A DNA stretch of 64,000 nt from Desulfobaccales bacterium (GCA_052326585.1 JBKQLU010000048.1:6590-70589); one strand, 5' to 3'. Counted from the first letter of the stretch, positions 17,815-27,708 are shown. Numbers and translations: made by a program. Notes: generated from the sequence alone by a model not told the origin.

Positions 17815-20532
17815 ATGCCGTTCTTCCCCTCTGCTGCAGCCTTACAAGATTATCTCCTGGCCGAGGCCGGCCCCGGGACCCTGGTGTTGGTCCCGCAGCA
17901 ACGGCTGGCGCAGCAGTTGTGGCAGCGGGAACGCCGCGCCCAGCTTGAGTCCGGCGCCGCGGCCTGGGAGCCTTTGCCCCTGAAGACCTTCCAGGGCTGG
18001 TTGCCAGACCTCTTCCAGGCCCTCTGGCCGGAGGTGGCGCTAGCTCCTGATGTGCGGCGCCTGTCCCTGTGGCTCCGAGCCATCGCGGCGGCACCGGGCC
18101 TGGAGGGGACCGCCGCCGACCTTTCCTGGACTCAGGCCCTGGATGAGGCCTACGAGCTTCTGGCTCGCCACGCCCTGGTAGGTGGAGGCGCCCGCGCGGC
18201 CAGGTCTGCGCCATCGGCTGGGGCGCGGGATGAGGCGCCTCTGTTTGCCTGGCGCGGCCGGGTTATCCAGATCTTTAGCCAGATCCTGGCGGAGGGCGGC
18301 TGGTTGGCGCCGGCAGATTTGCCGGCCTTCCTCCTGGCCCGCTTGCAGGAAGGAAAGATCACCCTGCCGGGGAGGATCATGGTGGTGGGCCTGGAGAATC
18401 CGGCCCCGGCGGAGGACGCCTTCCTGACCGCCGTGGCCCGGCGCACCCGGGTAGAACACCTGCAGGTGCGGGGCCATCCCCAAGCGGTGCAACGGGCGGT
18501 GCTGCTCCCCGACCGGGGCCAGGAGCTGGCCTGGGTGGGCTCCCGGTTGGCGGAGCTGGCCGCCCGGGACGGCGTTCCCTTGCACCGGCTGGCGGTAACC
18601 TCCCCGGATCTGAATCACTATCTCCCCCAGTTAGCGCGGCTGCTCCCCGAGTTGCTGGGGCCGGCGCAGACCTCCGCCGGCTTTGCCTACAACATCTCCC
18701 AGGGGCCGCGCCTGGCGCAAACCCCCCTCTTTCTGGCCGCCACCCTGCCCTTGCGGTTCGTCTCCGCCGGGGAAGGCCGGGAAGATCTGATGTCCCTCCT
18801 GCTGTCGCCCTTTTACCGCGAACTCCGCCGCTACCGGGACCAGACCGCAGCTTGGGACCGTCTTTTCCGCGAACGGCGCCTGGACCAGGGCTGGTTCTAT
18901 TTTAAGGCAGCCATCACCGCTTCCGGTAAGGAGGCGCCTATACTGGCCCGGCTGGACCGCCTCTGGGCCAGCCTTAAGGCCCCCGGCGCCGGCCAGGAGT
19001 GGCGGCGGCGCCTGGATGAGGTCTGGCAAGGGCTGGGATTCGCCCCTGGGGCTGAGTTCGAGGCGGCGCAGTGGAAGGGCCTCGATTCCCTGCTCAAGGA
19101 GACGGCCGCCACCCTGGCCTCCCAACCCTTGGCGGCCGGGGAGTTCCTGGGCTGGCTGGAGCACGGGGCGAAACAGGTATTACTGCCGGGACCCGGAATT
19201 CAGGGGGCCGGCATTCAGGTCCTGGGCCTCCTGGAGATGCGCGGCCTGGAGTTTTCCCGGGTCTTTTGCCTGGGGATGAACTCCGGGACCTTCCCGCCGC
19301 CGCCCCGGTCCCTGCCCCTGCTCACCGCCGCGGAACGGCGCGCCGTCCTGGGCGGCACTTACCGGAGCCAGCACGAATTTTCCCGGGGGCTCTACGATAA
19401 CCTGCTGGGCGCCGCTCCGCACCTGATCCTTACCCGGCCCGGAGTGGTCGAAGACGAGGAGCGGCCCGGCAGCCCACTCTACCTGGGCCGCTGGGAATCG
19501 CAAGACATGCCGGTATTGAGCTCCCTCGATCCGGCCTGGCTGCGCAGTCCGGCCATCCGGGCCGCTTTTGGCGGCGCCTGGGCTCCCTTTGCCGGCCACC
19601 GCGACGGCCCGCTGTCCATCAATCTCCCCGACCGGCTCTCCGTGGGAAAGGCCGCCGCGGCGCTGAGCTGTCGGTGCCGCTTCCTGCTGGAGGGCATCCT
19701 GAGGCTCCAGGAACTGCCGGAGATAGAAGCGGGCCTGCCTCCCCGGGAGCGGGGCGAGCGGCTCCACCAGGTCCTGGCCCGATTCGTCAAAGAATTTAAG
19801 GAAATTCTGCAGGAACATGACTGGAACCACGACCAAGCCGAGAAGGTATTGGACCGCGCGGCGCGCCGGACGCTGGGAGACCTCTTACGAGACCCCCACT
19901 GGCAGGCAGAGCTTATGCGCTGGCTGGGCGCAGATGAAGGCGGCGCGGGCCTGCTCCGGGAATGGCTCCTCCGGGAGCGGGAGCGCTACCAGCAGGGTTG
20001 GCGCTGGCAATTCACGGAAGAGGGTTTCAGCGGGCTGAAAGATGAGGGCTGGCCCTTTGCCCTAACCGGCCGCCTGGACCGCCTGGACTACCACCCGGGG
20101 ACGCAGGAGGCCGTTATCTGGGACTATAAGAGCGGCAAGCTCCCCACCGCCAAAGAGGTGTTCGATGAGCTGCTGGAGTTCCAGTTACCCTGCTACCTGC
20201 TGGCGGTGGAGCGCGGCCTGACCGCGGCTCCCCGGGAGCGCCGGGGACTCCGGGCCGGGTTCATCGGACTCAAAAGCCTGCGACAGGGCCACCTGAAACA
20301 TGAGGATTTCCCCAGCCGGGCCCAAGACTGGCCCCGGGTGGCGGCGGCCCTGGCGGCCAGCCTGAAAGACCTGGGGGCCCACCTGGCGGCGGGAGATTTC
20401 AGCCCCCAACCCCAACCCGCCCCGGCCCCGGCGGGCAAAGAATTGGCGGCCTGTAAGTATTGCCCGTACGACCTGCTCTGTGGTTATACCGGCGCTCCCG
20501 CCCCGCCGGGTGAAGAGGAGTCGGAATCATAA
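17815..20532 (+). CDS. AddB-like PD-(D/E)XK nuclease subunit (no Walker A, Fe-S Cys cluster)
   Basis: C-terminal 'GRLDRLDYH...VIWDYKSGK' is a RecB-type nuclease motif, and 'CKYCPYDLLC' is the Cx2Cx5C Fe-S ligand set. The gene lies directly upstream of an AddA-like helicase. The start is uncertain (17749, 17794 or 17815). Confidence 0.75.
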   Translation: MPFFPSAAALQDYLLAEAGPGTLVLVPQQRLAQQLWQRERRAQLESGAAAWEPLPLKTFQGWLPDLFQALWPEVALAPDVRRLSLWLRAIAAAPGLEGTAADLSWTQALDEAYELLARHALVGGGARAARSAPSAGARDEAPLFAWRGRVIQIFSQILAEGGWLAPADLPAFLLARLQEGKITLPGRIMVVGLENPAPAEDAFLTAVARRTRVEHLQVRGHPQAVQRAVLLPDRGQELAWVGSRLAELAARDGVPLHRLAVTSPDLNHYLPQLARLLPELLGPAQTSAGFAYNISQGPRLAQTPLFLAATLPLRFVSAGEGREDLMSLLLSPFYRELRRYRDQTAAWDRLFRERRLDQGWFYFKAAITASGKEAPILARLDRLWASLKAPGAGQEWRRRLDEVWQGLGFAPGAEFEAAQWKGLDSLLKETAATLASQPLAAGEFLGWLEHGAKQVLLPGPGIQGAGIQVLGLLEMRGLEFSRVFCLGMNSGTFPPPPRSLPLLTAAERRAVLGGTYRSQHEFSRGLYDNLLGAAPHLILTRPGVVEDEERPGSPLYLGRWESQDMPVLSSLDPAWLRSPAIRAAFGGAWAPFAGHRDGPLSINLPDRLSVGKAAAALSCRCRFLLEGILRLQELPEIEAGLPPRERGERLHQVLARFVKEFKEILQEHDWNHDQAEKVLDRAARRTLGDLLRDPHWQAELMRWLGADEGGAGLLREWLLRERERYQQGWRWQFTEEGFSGLKDEGWPFALTGRLDRLDYHPGTQEAVIWDYKSGKLPTAKEVFDELLEFQLPCYLLAVERGLTAAPRERRGLRAGFIGLKSLRQGHLKHEDFPSRAQDWPRVAAALAASLKDLGAHLAAGDFSPQPQPAPAPAGKELAACKYCPYDLLCGYTGAPAPPGEEESES

Positions 20533-20635
20533 AGTGTCATAGCAGCCCCCCGCTGGCAATATTTTACCGTGCTGCAAGGGGGGGAGAAAATCGCTGCATT
20601 AATTGCGCCGGTTTTAACTAGACCGGGAGGATTTA

Positions 20636-23600
20636 ATGATAAGTCTGCCCGCCGATCAGGCTGTCCGGGAAGAGGCCCTGGACCCCCGGGGGAGCTTCCA
20701 CCTGGAAGCTCCGGCGGGTTCGGGCAAAACCTCGGTGCTCCTGGCCCGCTTCCTCACCCTCCTGGCCCGGGTGGAGGCCCCCGAGGAGCTGCTGGCCCTG
20801 ACCTTCACCCGCAAGGCCGCGGGGGAGCTGCGCACCCGGGTCATGGACCTCCTCTGGTCCAAGGGGAAGCCCCCTGAGTCGCCCTGGGAACAACGCCTGG
20901 TGGACCTGGCCCAACAAGTCCTGCGGCACTTCGGCGGCAAGTCGGAAGCCCTCCAGGAGTTGCTGGCGGCCGAGCGCCTGCCGGTCATGACCTTTCACAG
21001 TTTTTGCGCCCAGTTGCTGAGGCTGGCTCCCCAGGAGGGCGGGGTTGCCCTGGAATTTCGGCTCCTGGAAGATGATGAAGCCCGCCTCCTCAAGGAGGAG
21101 GCCCTGGAAGAGCTGCGCCGCAACCTGGCGGCCCGGCCCGCCCGGAACCCGGTGCGCCAGGCCCTGGTGCGGCGCCTGGTGCGCCTCAACAACGACTGGC
21201 CCCGCCTGGCCGGGGAACTCTTATCCTTGCTCTCCCGCCGGGACAGCCTCGGAGAATTCCTGGAGCTGGCCCGCCGCAGCAGCCAGCCGGAAGCCTACCA
21301 GCGCCTATTGCAGCAGCGTTACCGGCTGCTGCTACGGCCGCTTCTGCAAACCCTGGCGGACAGCTTCCGGGACGCAGCCCTGGGCCGGGAATGGCAGCGC
21401 CTCTGGCGGGAATTGGGCGGAACTTTCAATGGGGGGCCGCTCCCGCCGGACCTCCCCGGGACCGAGCCCGGGGATCTGCCGGCCTGGCAAGCCATCTCCA
21501 GCCTGCTCCTCACCCAGGGCGGCGAGCCCCGCAAACGGCTGAGCGAGAACTTGGGCTTCCCTGCCGGTTTCCAGAAGAGCGGTTGGCCGCCACTGTTCCT
21601 GGAACTGCCGCCTGCCTTGGCGCGACTCCTGGATCAATGCCGCCAACTGCAACCTGCCGCGGCCCAGCCCCAGGAGGCCCAGGCCCTCCAGGACCTGGTA
21701 ATCCTCCTGGGAGAGGCGCTGGCCGCCTACGAAGCTCTCTGCACCCGCAGGCAGGCCCTGGATTTCATCGCCCTGGAGCAGGCCACTCTACGGTTGCTGG
21801 GCGACCAGGACCCCAGTGAGATCCTGTTGCGCCTGGACCTCAAGCTGCGGCACCTGTTGGTGGACGAATTTCAAGACACCAGCCTGAACCAGATGGAGTT
21901 GCTGTGCCGTATCATGGCTGGCTGGCAGGCCGGGGAGGGCCGCACCTTGACCGCGGTCGGAGACCCGAAGCAGTCCATTTATGGTTTTCGGGACGCCAAA
22001 CCCTGGATTTTTGCGGAATCTCGCCAGGGCCTCTCCTGCCGGGCAGGCCGCTTTCCCCTGAAACCATTACAGCTCACCACCAACTTCCGGGCCAGCCGGA
22101 CCTTGATCCAATGGGCCAACGCGGTCTTTAGTGACGTCCTGGCCAAGGAAAAAGTCTCGGACTTGAGCTTCCACGCCGCCGCGGCCAGCCCCGGGGCCCC
22201 GGAAGGGGCGCCCCCGCTGCTGGCCCTCTTTGCCGGGCGCGGCAACCTTCCCGCCCAGGAGGCCCGGGAGGCAGAGGCCCGCTGGCTGGCCCGGCAGGTG
22301 GGCGAAGCCTGCTCCCAGCTAGCAGAAAAGGAGACAATCGGCATCCTGCTCTTCACCCGCAGCCACCTCTCGGTCTACCTCCAGGCCCTGGCGGCGGCCG
22401 GTCTGCCGGTCAAGGTGCGGCAGGGGCTGAAACTGGCGAAGGACAGCCTGGTGGTGCAGCATCTCCACAACCTGGCCCGGGCCCTGACCCGGCCCCAGGA
22501 CGACCTGGCCTGGGCCGCCCTGCTCCGGGGGCCCTGGGCCGCCCAATCTCTGGAGGTGCTGGCCCGGGTGGCCGGGAGCGCCCCGGGGGAATTGTGGCCG
22601 GAGAAGCTCTCGCGCTTCGCCGGGACCCCTGAATGCCCCGGGGATTTAGCCAAGCTTGCCAACAACCTGATGGCGGCCCTCGACCAGGTGGGGCGCCGGC
22701 CCCTGGCGGAGGTCGCCGGAGACTGGCTGGCGGCGGTGGAGGCCTGGCCCGGCATAGCCGCCTGGGAAGGCCCCTTGGGAGTGGCCTGCGCCCGGGCCTA
22801 TCTCGATCTCCTGGCCCAGGCGGAGGCCGGCCTGCCGGAGGCCACCTTTACCCAGGCCGACTTCTCCCTGCCGGAGGCCTTTCAGCCTCCAGATCCCAAG
22901 GCCCACGACTCGCGGGTGGAAGTGCTGACGGTGCATGGCGCCAAGGGGTTGGAGTTCACCCGGGTATTTATTCCATTTCTCGACTGGCAACCTTTGCCCC
23001 GGGAAAAACTGTCCTCCCCGCCCTTTCTGCTGGAAGAGATTGCCGTGCCGGGCGGCGGCCCTCGGGTTCCGGGCCTGGCCCTGGCCCGGCCTTACGTCCA
23101 GGAGCGCCAGGATTCCTTTTATCTGCTTCTAAAAAATTCGAGGGAGCGGCGCCTCCTGGAAGAGGCCCGGCGAGTCTTTTATGTGGCGGCGACCCGGGCC
23201 CGGCAGCACCTGACCCTGAGTTCCGCAGTGAAGACTGATAGCCGGGGGGAGCTGGCCATCCCTCTTGAAAGCCCCCTGGCCTGGCTGCTGGATCATTACC
23301 AGGCCAGCCTACCCCCGGCCGGCGCCGCGGTGACCTGGGCGGAGCCGGAACTCCAGGTGGAACTGCCGCAGAAACTCCCAGCTCCTGTCCCGATAACCCC
23401 CCCGACCCAAGAACTGCCGCCGGCCCTGAGCTTCAGCCCCGAAGCCCCGGGCTATCAGATAATCCACCCCTCCCAACTGGCCGCGGCTGGCCTTGACGAG
23501 GCCCCAGCCCCGGCGGCGCCCGGGGAAGATCCGGAAATCCCCCGCCTCCGGGGAGAGATTATCCATCGGGGCCTGGATACCCTGGCTCGGGGGGGAGAAC

Positions 23601-24040
23601 TGCCCGGGCTGGCCTCCCTGGCCGCGGCCTTGCGCCAGATGGGCCTGACTCCGGAAGCCGCCGCCGCCCTTGCCCCGGAACTCCTGGCGGAGCTTCAGGC
23701 CTGCCGCCTGGACCCCTGGCTGGCGCCCCTCCTCGACCCGGAGCGGCCCGGCGCAGTGAGTGAGTGGCTCCTGGAGGACCTGGCCGCCCCGGACACCCTG
23801 CGCCGGGGCAAGATCGACCGGCTGGTCTTCGACGGCCGGGACTGGTGGCTCCTGGATTACAAGAGCTCCAGGCCTGACGACCCGGCTGCCTGGGAGGATT
23901 TCATCGCCGGAGAATTGGTTAAGTACCGCTCCCAACTTCTGGCCTATCGCGAGATGGCGGCCCGGGCGAGGGGGCTGCGGTTGGAGGAGATCAGACCGGC
24001 CCTTTACTTTACCGCCTGCCAGCGCGCGGTGGAGGTGTAA
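20636..24040 (+). CDS. AddA/RecB-like UvrD-family helicase-nuclease
   Basis: Walker A 'APAGSGKTSVL', 'LLVDEFQDTS', 'TVHGAKGLEF' and 'VAATRAR'. C-terminal nuclease motif 'GKIDRLVFDGRDWWLLDYKSS'. SD GGGAGGA precedes the ATG. Confidence 0.8.
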   Translation: MISLPADQAVREEALDPRGSFHLEAPAGSGKTSVLLARFLTLLARVEAPEELLALTFTRKAAGELRTRVMDLLWSKGKPPESPWEQRLVDLAQQVLRHFGGKSEALQELLAAERLPVMTFHSFCAQLLRLAPQEGGVALEFRLLEDDEARLLKEEALEELRRNLAARPARNPVRQALVRRLVRLNNDWPRLAGELLSLLSRRDSLGEFLELARRSSQPEAYQRLLQQRYRLLLRPLLQTLADSFRDAALGREWQRLWRELGGTFNGGPLPPDLPGTEPGDLPAWQAISSLLLTQGGEPRKRLSENLGFPAGFQKSGWPPLFLELPPALARLLDQCRQLQPAAAQPQEAQALQDLVILLGEALAAYEALCTRRQALDFIALEQATLRLLGDQDPSEILLRLDLKLRHLLVDEFQDTSLNQMELLCRIMAGWQAGEGRTLTAVGDPKQSIYGFRDAKPWIFAESRQGLSCRAGRFPLKPLQLTTNFRASRTLIQWANAVFSDVLAKEKVSDLSFHAAAASPGAPEGAPPLLALFAGRGNLPAQEAREAEARWLARQVGEACSQLAEKETIGILLFTRSHLSVYLQALAAAGLPVKVRQGLKLAKDSLVVQHLHNLARALTRPQDDLAWAALLRGPWAAQSLEVLARVAGSAPGELWPEKLSRFAGTPECPGDLAKLANNLMAALDQVGRRPLAEVAGDWLAAVEAWPGIAAWEGPLGVACARAYLDLLAQAEAGLPEATFTQADFSLPEAFQPPDPKAHDSRVEVLTVHGAKGLEFTRVFIPFLDWQPLPREKLSSPPFLLEEIAVPGGGPRVPGLALARPYVQERQDSFYLLLKNSRERRLLEEARRVFYVAATRARQHLTLSSAVKTDSRGELAIPLESPLAWLLDHYQASLPPAGAAVTWAEPELQVELPQKLPAPVPITPPTQELPPALSFSPEAPGYQIIHPSQLAAAGLDEAPAPAAPGEDPEIPRLRGEIIHRGLDTLARGGELPGLASLAAALRQMGLTPEAAAALAPELLAELQACRLDPWLAPLLDPERPGAVSEWLLEDLAAPDTLRRGKIDRLVFDGRDWWLLDYKSSRPDDPAAWEDFIAGELVKYRSQLLAYREMAARARGLRLEEIRPALYFTACQRAVEV

Positions 24041-24101
24041 GAAACGGCTATTCAGGACCCCAGAGAGAGGCAGGACGCCTCTCCGGCGGGATGACGAAAA
24101 T

Positions 24102-24935
24102 ATGTTTCTGATCTCGACAGCGAAAACTAAATTGACTGGTTGGTTGCTGGCGCTGGCGCTGGCGTCCGTCGCCTCCAACTGCGCCATTCCTGCCTTTTCC
24201 CAGGAAATCCTGGAATCCCAGGGCCTCCGTTTTCGCCTCATTCCCGGCGGCTGCTACCGCCTGGGGAGCCCGGCGGGTGAAGCGGGCCGCTATGCCGACG
24301 AAGCATCTCCCCACCTGGTTGAGCTGGAAGCCTTTTATATGGCGGTTACCGACACCACCAACGCCCAGTACCAGCAATTTCTCAAGGCCGGCGGCCATAA
24401 GGCGCCCCTTTATTGGCAGGATAAACATCTCAACGGCCCCAGCCAGCCGGTGGTGGGGGTTACCTGGGATGACGCCGCGGCCTTTTGCCGCTGGCTGACC
24501 CAGCTAACCGGGGTGGAACACCGGCTGCCCACCGAGGCCCAATGGGAGGCCGCCGCCCGGGGTGGCCTGGACGGCCAGCCCTTCCCCTGGGGTGCGGAGG
24601 CCCCGGAGGCCGGCGGGGTCCGGCGGGCCAATTTCCGCCAAGCCGCCAGCGAGCAGGACGGTTATCGCTTCACCACCCCGGTGGGCTCCTTTCCGGCCAA
24701 TGGTTTCGGCCTGTTCGACATGGCCGGCAACGTCTCCCAATGGTGCCAGGATTCTTATAGGCCCCTGGCCGCCTCCGGACCCTTCCAGCCCGGCGGGCAG
24801 CGCCTGCTCAAAGGGGGCTCCTGGTTCTCCCAGGCCCGGGACCTGCGCGCCGCCGCCCGGCAAGCCGCGTCGCCCCGGTATGCAGATGGCTACATCGGCT
24901 TCCGGGTGGTGCGCCTGCCGCATCCTTCCCCTTGA
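24102..24935 (+). CDS. exported formylglycine-generating enzyme (SUMF1/FGE) family protein
   Basis: Signal peptide. 'PVVGVTWDDAAAFCRWL...HRLPTEAQWEAAARGG', 'GNVSQWCQD', 'LKGGSW' and 'GFRVVR' are FGE-sulfatase domain motifs. The track ORF start at 23760 overlaps addA and was rejected. Confidence 0.8.
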   Translation: MFLISTAKTKLTGWLLALALASVASNCAIPAFSQEILESQGLRFRLIPGGCYRLGSPAGEAGRYADEASPHLVELEAFYMAVTDTTNAQYQQFLKAGGHKAPLYWQDKHLNGPSQPVVGVTWDDAAAFCRWLTQLTGVEHRLPTEAQWEAAARGGLDGQPFPWGAEAPEAGGVRRANFRQAASEQDGYRFTTPVGSFPANGFGLFDMAGNVSQWCQDSYRPLAASGPFQPGGQRLLKGGSWFSQARDLRAAARQAASPRYADGYIGFRVVRLPHPSP

Positions 24936-25106
24936 GCTAAAAGTTCAGGGTGTAGTAGGACAAGATTCATTTTGCTTTTCACGGCAACCTGTTATGAGCC
25001 CCCACCCAAGGCGCGGAGTTTTCTATTTGCGCAAAATGATAAAATCCTTTAGAAAAGCAATTAGCGGGCCTAAGCGAGAAATGCCGAGGCAAGATGGTTA
25101 AGTCCG

Positions 25107-25129
25107 GGGGCGGTTTTAAAACCCGCCCC
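25107..25129. repeat. GGGGCGG-TTTTAAAA-CCCGCCCC palindromic element (copy 1)
   Basis: An imperfect palindrome read directly from the sequence. A related copy 'ggggtgggttttaaaccagcccc' lies at 39359-39381. Confidence 0.6.
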
Positions 25130-25223
25130 TACAGAACCGGCTACAGGGAGATAGACGCAGGCAAGATCGGGTAATTTAGGATGCGCGATCGGCACCGGAC
25201 GTCCAGCCAACCCTTTAAAAGAG

Positions 25224-25943
25224 ATGTCGCCGGCGATGCAGGACCCTGACGAAAAGAGCCTCAAAAGGGACAAACCCCATTACCTCGGGCACCGGCAACG
25301 CCTGCGGAATCGCTTTCTCCAGGGCGGGCCCCGGGCCTTGCAGGACTATGAGCTGCTGGAACTGCTGCTCACCTTCGCCCGCCCCCAGGCCGACCTCAAG
25401 CCCCTGGCCAAGGAGTTGGTCCAGCACTTCGGCTCCTTCACCCGGGTCTTGGACGCCAGCCCGGAGGCCCTGATGGAGATTAAGGGGGTGCGGGACAACT
25501 CCGCCACCCTTATCCGGCTGGTGAAGGCCTGCGCCGAGTACTATTTGAAGGAAGAGGTCCTGGAGCGGCCCAACATCTCCTCCCTTTCGGCCCTGGTGGA
25601 CTACTGCCGCACTGCCATGGGCGGCCTCCCGGATGAGCAGTTCCGGGTGATCTTCCTCAACAGCCAGAACGAGATCATCGCCGAAGAGGTCGTCCAGGAG
25701 GGCACCGTGAACCAGACGGTGGTCTATCCCCGCAAGGTCCTGGAGCTGGCCCTGAAACACAAGGCCTGCGGCCTGATCCTGGTGCACAACCACCCCAGCG
25801 GGAATCTGACGCCGTCGGCGGCGGACCTGGAACTGACCCGCTCCCTGGTGAAGGCCTCCCGGTCCTTCAACCTGACGGTGCACGACCACCTGATCATCAG
25901 CCGCCAGGGGTATTTCAGCCTGGCGGAGAAGAATTTGTTGTGA
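25224..25943 (+). CDS. radC: RadC-like JAB-domain protein (UPF0758)
   Basis: 'GHRQRLRNRF', 'YELLELLL' and the HhH region. The JAMM motif 'ILVHNHPSGNLTPSAADLELT' is present. Confidence 0.9.
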   Translation: MSPAMQDPDEKSLKRDKPHYLGHRQRLRNRFLQGGPRALQDYELLELLLTFARPQADLKPLAKELVQHFGSFTRVLDASPEALMEIKGVRDNSATLIRLVKACAEYYLKEEVLERPNISSLSALVDYCRTAMGGLPDEQFRVIFLNSQNEIIAEEVVQEGTVNQTVVYPRKVLELALKHKACGLILVHNHPSGNLTPSAADLELTRSLVKASRSFNLTVHDHLIISRQGYFSLAEKNLL

Positions 25944-25984
25944 GTGAGGCGTGACTTTGGGGAGGGGGCCAGGGCTTTTAGTGG

Positions 25985-26028
25985 CACCGGCCTCTGGCCG
26001 GTGAAAGGCCACAGGCTGGAAGCCTGTG
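25985..26028. repeat. cluster of GC-rich hairpins (CACCGGCC-tct-GGCCGGTG and CACAGGC-tggaa-GCCTGTG)
   Basis: Stems read directly from the radC-glcD intergenic region. The second hairpin is a short palindromic element of the same general kind as the two families above. Confidence 0.5.
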
Positions 26029-26134
26029 CCACCGGGTAAACCGGGGGCCGCAGGCCGCCATAGACAGAGAGCCCGATAGGCCGCCTGCTCCACATTTTTT
26101 TTTGCCAAAACACTGAAAACCGAAAACCACTATC

Positions 26135-27523
26135 ATGCGCTATGCTCTAATTAATGAGATCGCCGCCCTGATCGGCCCGGAGCACCTCCTCACCGCCCCC
26201 GAGGACTGCTGGACCTACGCCTATGACGCCACCGACCAGGCCCGGATGCCGGAGGCCGTGGTCTTTCCCGGCTCCGCGGCGGAGATCTCCCAAATCTTGC
26301 GCCTGGCCAACGAACATCGCTTTCCAGTCACTCCCCGGGGGGCGGGCAGCGGCCGCAGCGGCGGCGCCGTGCCCATAGCCGGCGGCGTGGTCCTGGTCCT
26401 CACCCGCCTGAATCGCATCCTGGAGATCGCCCCCGCCGACCTGGTGGCAGTGGTGGAGCCCGGGGTGGTTCTGGGGAGATTCAAGGCCGCGGTGGCGGCC
26501 CAGGGCCTCTACTACCCGCCGGACCCGGCCAGCGCCGACTTCTGTACCATCGGCGGCAACGTGGCCGAGTGCGCCGGGGGCGCGGTGGCGGTGCAATACG
26601 GGGTCACCCGGGACTACGTCCTGGGGCTGACCGTGGTCCTGCCCACCGGCGAAATCATCGAGGCCGGCAGCCGCACCATGAAAGGGGTGGTGGGCTACGA
26701 CCTCACCCGGCTCTTTTTGGGCTCCGAAGGCACCCTGGGGGTAATCTCCCGCATCATCCTCAAACTGGTACCCAGGCCCGCGGCCCGGCAGACCCTGGCC
26801 GCGGGCTTCGAAACGCTTACAGCCGCCGCCCGGGCGGTGAGCCAAATCCTCACCGCCGGTCTCGCCCCCACCGCCCTGGAATTCCTGGACCCGGTGACCC
26901 TGGGCTGCGTCCGGGAGATGCTGCCCTTTAAGGTTCCCGGCGAAGCCGCGGCCCTGCTGCTGGTGGCGGTGGACGGCCACCCCCATGACGTGGAAGAGCG
27001 GGCCGCCGGCATCGCCCACTTCTGCGAGGAGCAGGGCGCCCGGCCCGTCCTCCGGGCCAGGAGTATCAGCGAAGCGGAGGACCTCTGGAAGGCCCGCCAG
27101 GTCATCTCGCCGGCCATCCTCAAGGTTAAACCCCAAAAGGTGAGTGAAGACGTGGTGGTGCCCCTCAGCGTCATTCCGGACTTGATCGCCGGCCTGCAAA
27201 AAATTTCCCGGCGGCGGGGCCTGATCATCCCCTGTTACGGCCACGCTGGGGACGGCAACATCCATGTCAACGTCCTCTATGACCGCAAGATCGACCGGGA
27301 ACGGCAAGCGGTCAACCCCACCGTGGAGGACATCTTTGCCCTGGTGCGGGAACTGCGCGGCACCCTTTCGGGGGAGCACGGCATCGGCCTCACCAAGGCT
27401 CCATACCTCGGGATGGAGCTTTCCCAGGCGGCTATTGCCCTGCAAAAACGCCTCAAGCTGGCCTTCGACCCCCATGACATCATGAACCCGGGGAAGATCT
27501 TCCCGGGCCCCCGGGGCCGCTGA
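26135..27523 (+). CDS. FAD-linked oxidase (GlcD / D-lactate dehydrogenase family)
   Basis: FAD-binding PCMH domain 'PEAVVFPGSAAEISQILRLANEHRFPVTPRGAGSGRSGGAVP'. C-terminal 'GHAGDGNIHVN' and 'GTLSGEHGIGLTK'. Confidence 0.85.
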   Translation: MRYALINEIAALIGPEHLLTAPEDCWTYAYDATDQARMPEAVVFPGSAAEISQILRLANEHRFPVTPRGAGSGRSGGAVPIAGGVVLVLTRLNRILEIAPADLVAVVEPGVVLGRFKAAVAAQGLYYPPDPASADFCTIGGNVAECAGGAVAVQYGVTRDYVLGLTVVLPTGEIIEAGSRTMKGVVGYDLTRLFLGSEGTLGVISRIILKLVPRPAARQTLAAGFETLTAAARAVSQILTAGLAPTALEFLDPVTLGCVREMLPFKVPGEAAALLLVAVDGHPHDVEERAAGIAHFCEEQGARPVLRARSISEAEDLWKARQVISPAILKVKPQKVSEDVVVPLSVIPDLIAGLQKISRRRGLIIPCYGHAGDGNIHVNVLYDRKIDRERQAVNPTVEDIFALVRELRGTLSGEHGIGLTKAPYLGMELSQAAIALQKRLKLAFDPHDIMNPGKIFPGPRGR

Positions 27524-27634
27524 GGGGATGCGGCCCGAAAACCGGGGGCGGGCCCGGAGGCCGGAGAATCCCCTGCCGATTATAAGGTTTCCAGGTTTCT
27601 GAACGATGAAGACCCGGTTAGCAATTTTTATTGC

Positions 27635-27663
27635 TTGACAAAATTTTCACAATCACATATTTT
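27635..27663 (+). promoter_or_regulatory. sigma-70-like promoter candidate for dsrC (TTGACA-17 nt-TATTTT)
   Basis: A perfect -35 TTGACA at 27635-27640 and an A/T-rich -10 at 27658-27663, about 45 nt before SD GAAGGAGG and the ATG at 27709. Confidence 0.4.
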
Positions 27664-27708
27664 GAATCCAAAAACCGTGGACCAAATATTGAAGGAGGAT
27701 ATCTCGGC

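Noticed and set aside
23760-24101. N-terminal 114-codon extension of the FGE-family ORF in the track
   Set aside because: It overlaps the 3' end of addA in another frame. The extension is Arg/Trp/Gly-rich. A signal peptide begins exactly at the internal ATG at 24102.
26147-27475. 442-aa antisense ORF opposite the FAD-linked oxidase gene
   Set aside because: Same GC artefact. The sense strand has clear GlcD-type FAD-binding motifs. The antisense product is Gly/Pro/Arg-rich and featureless.
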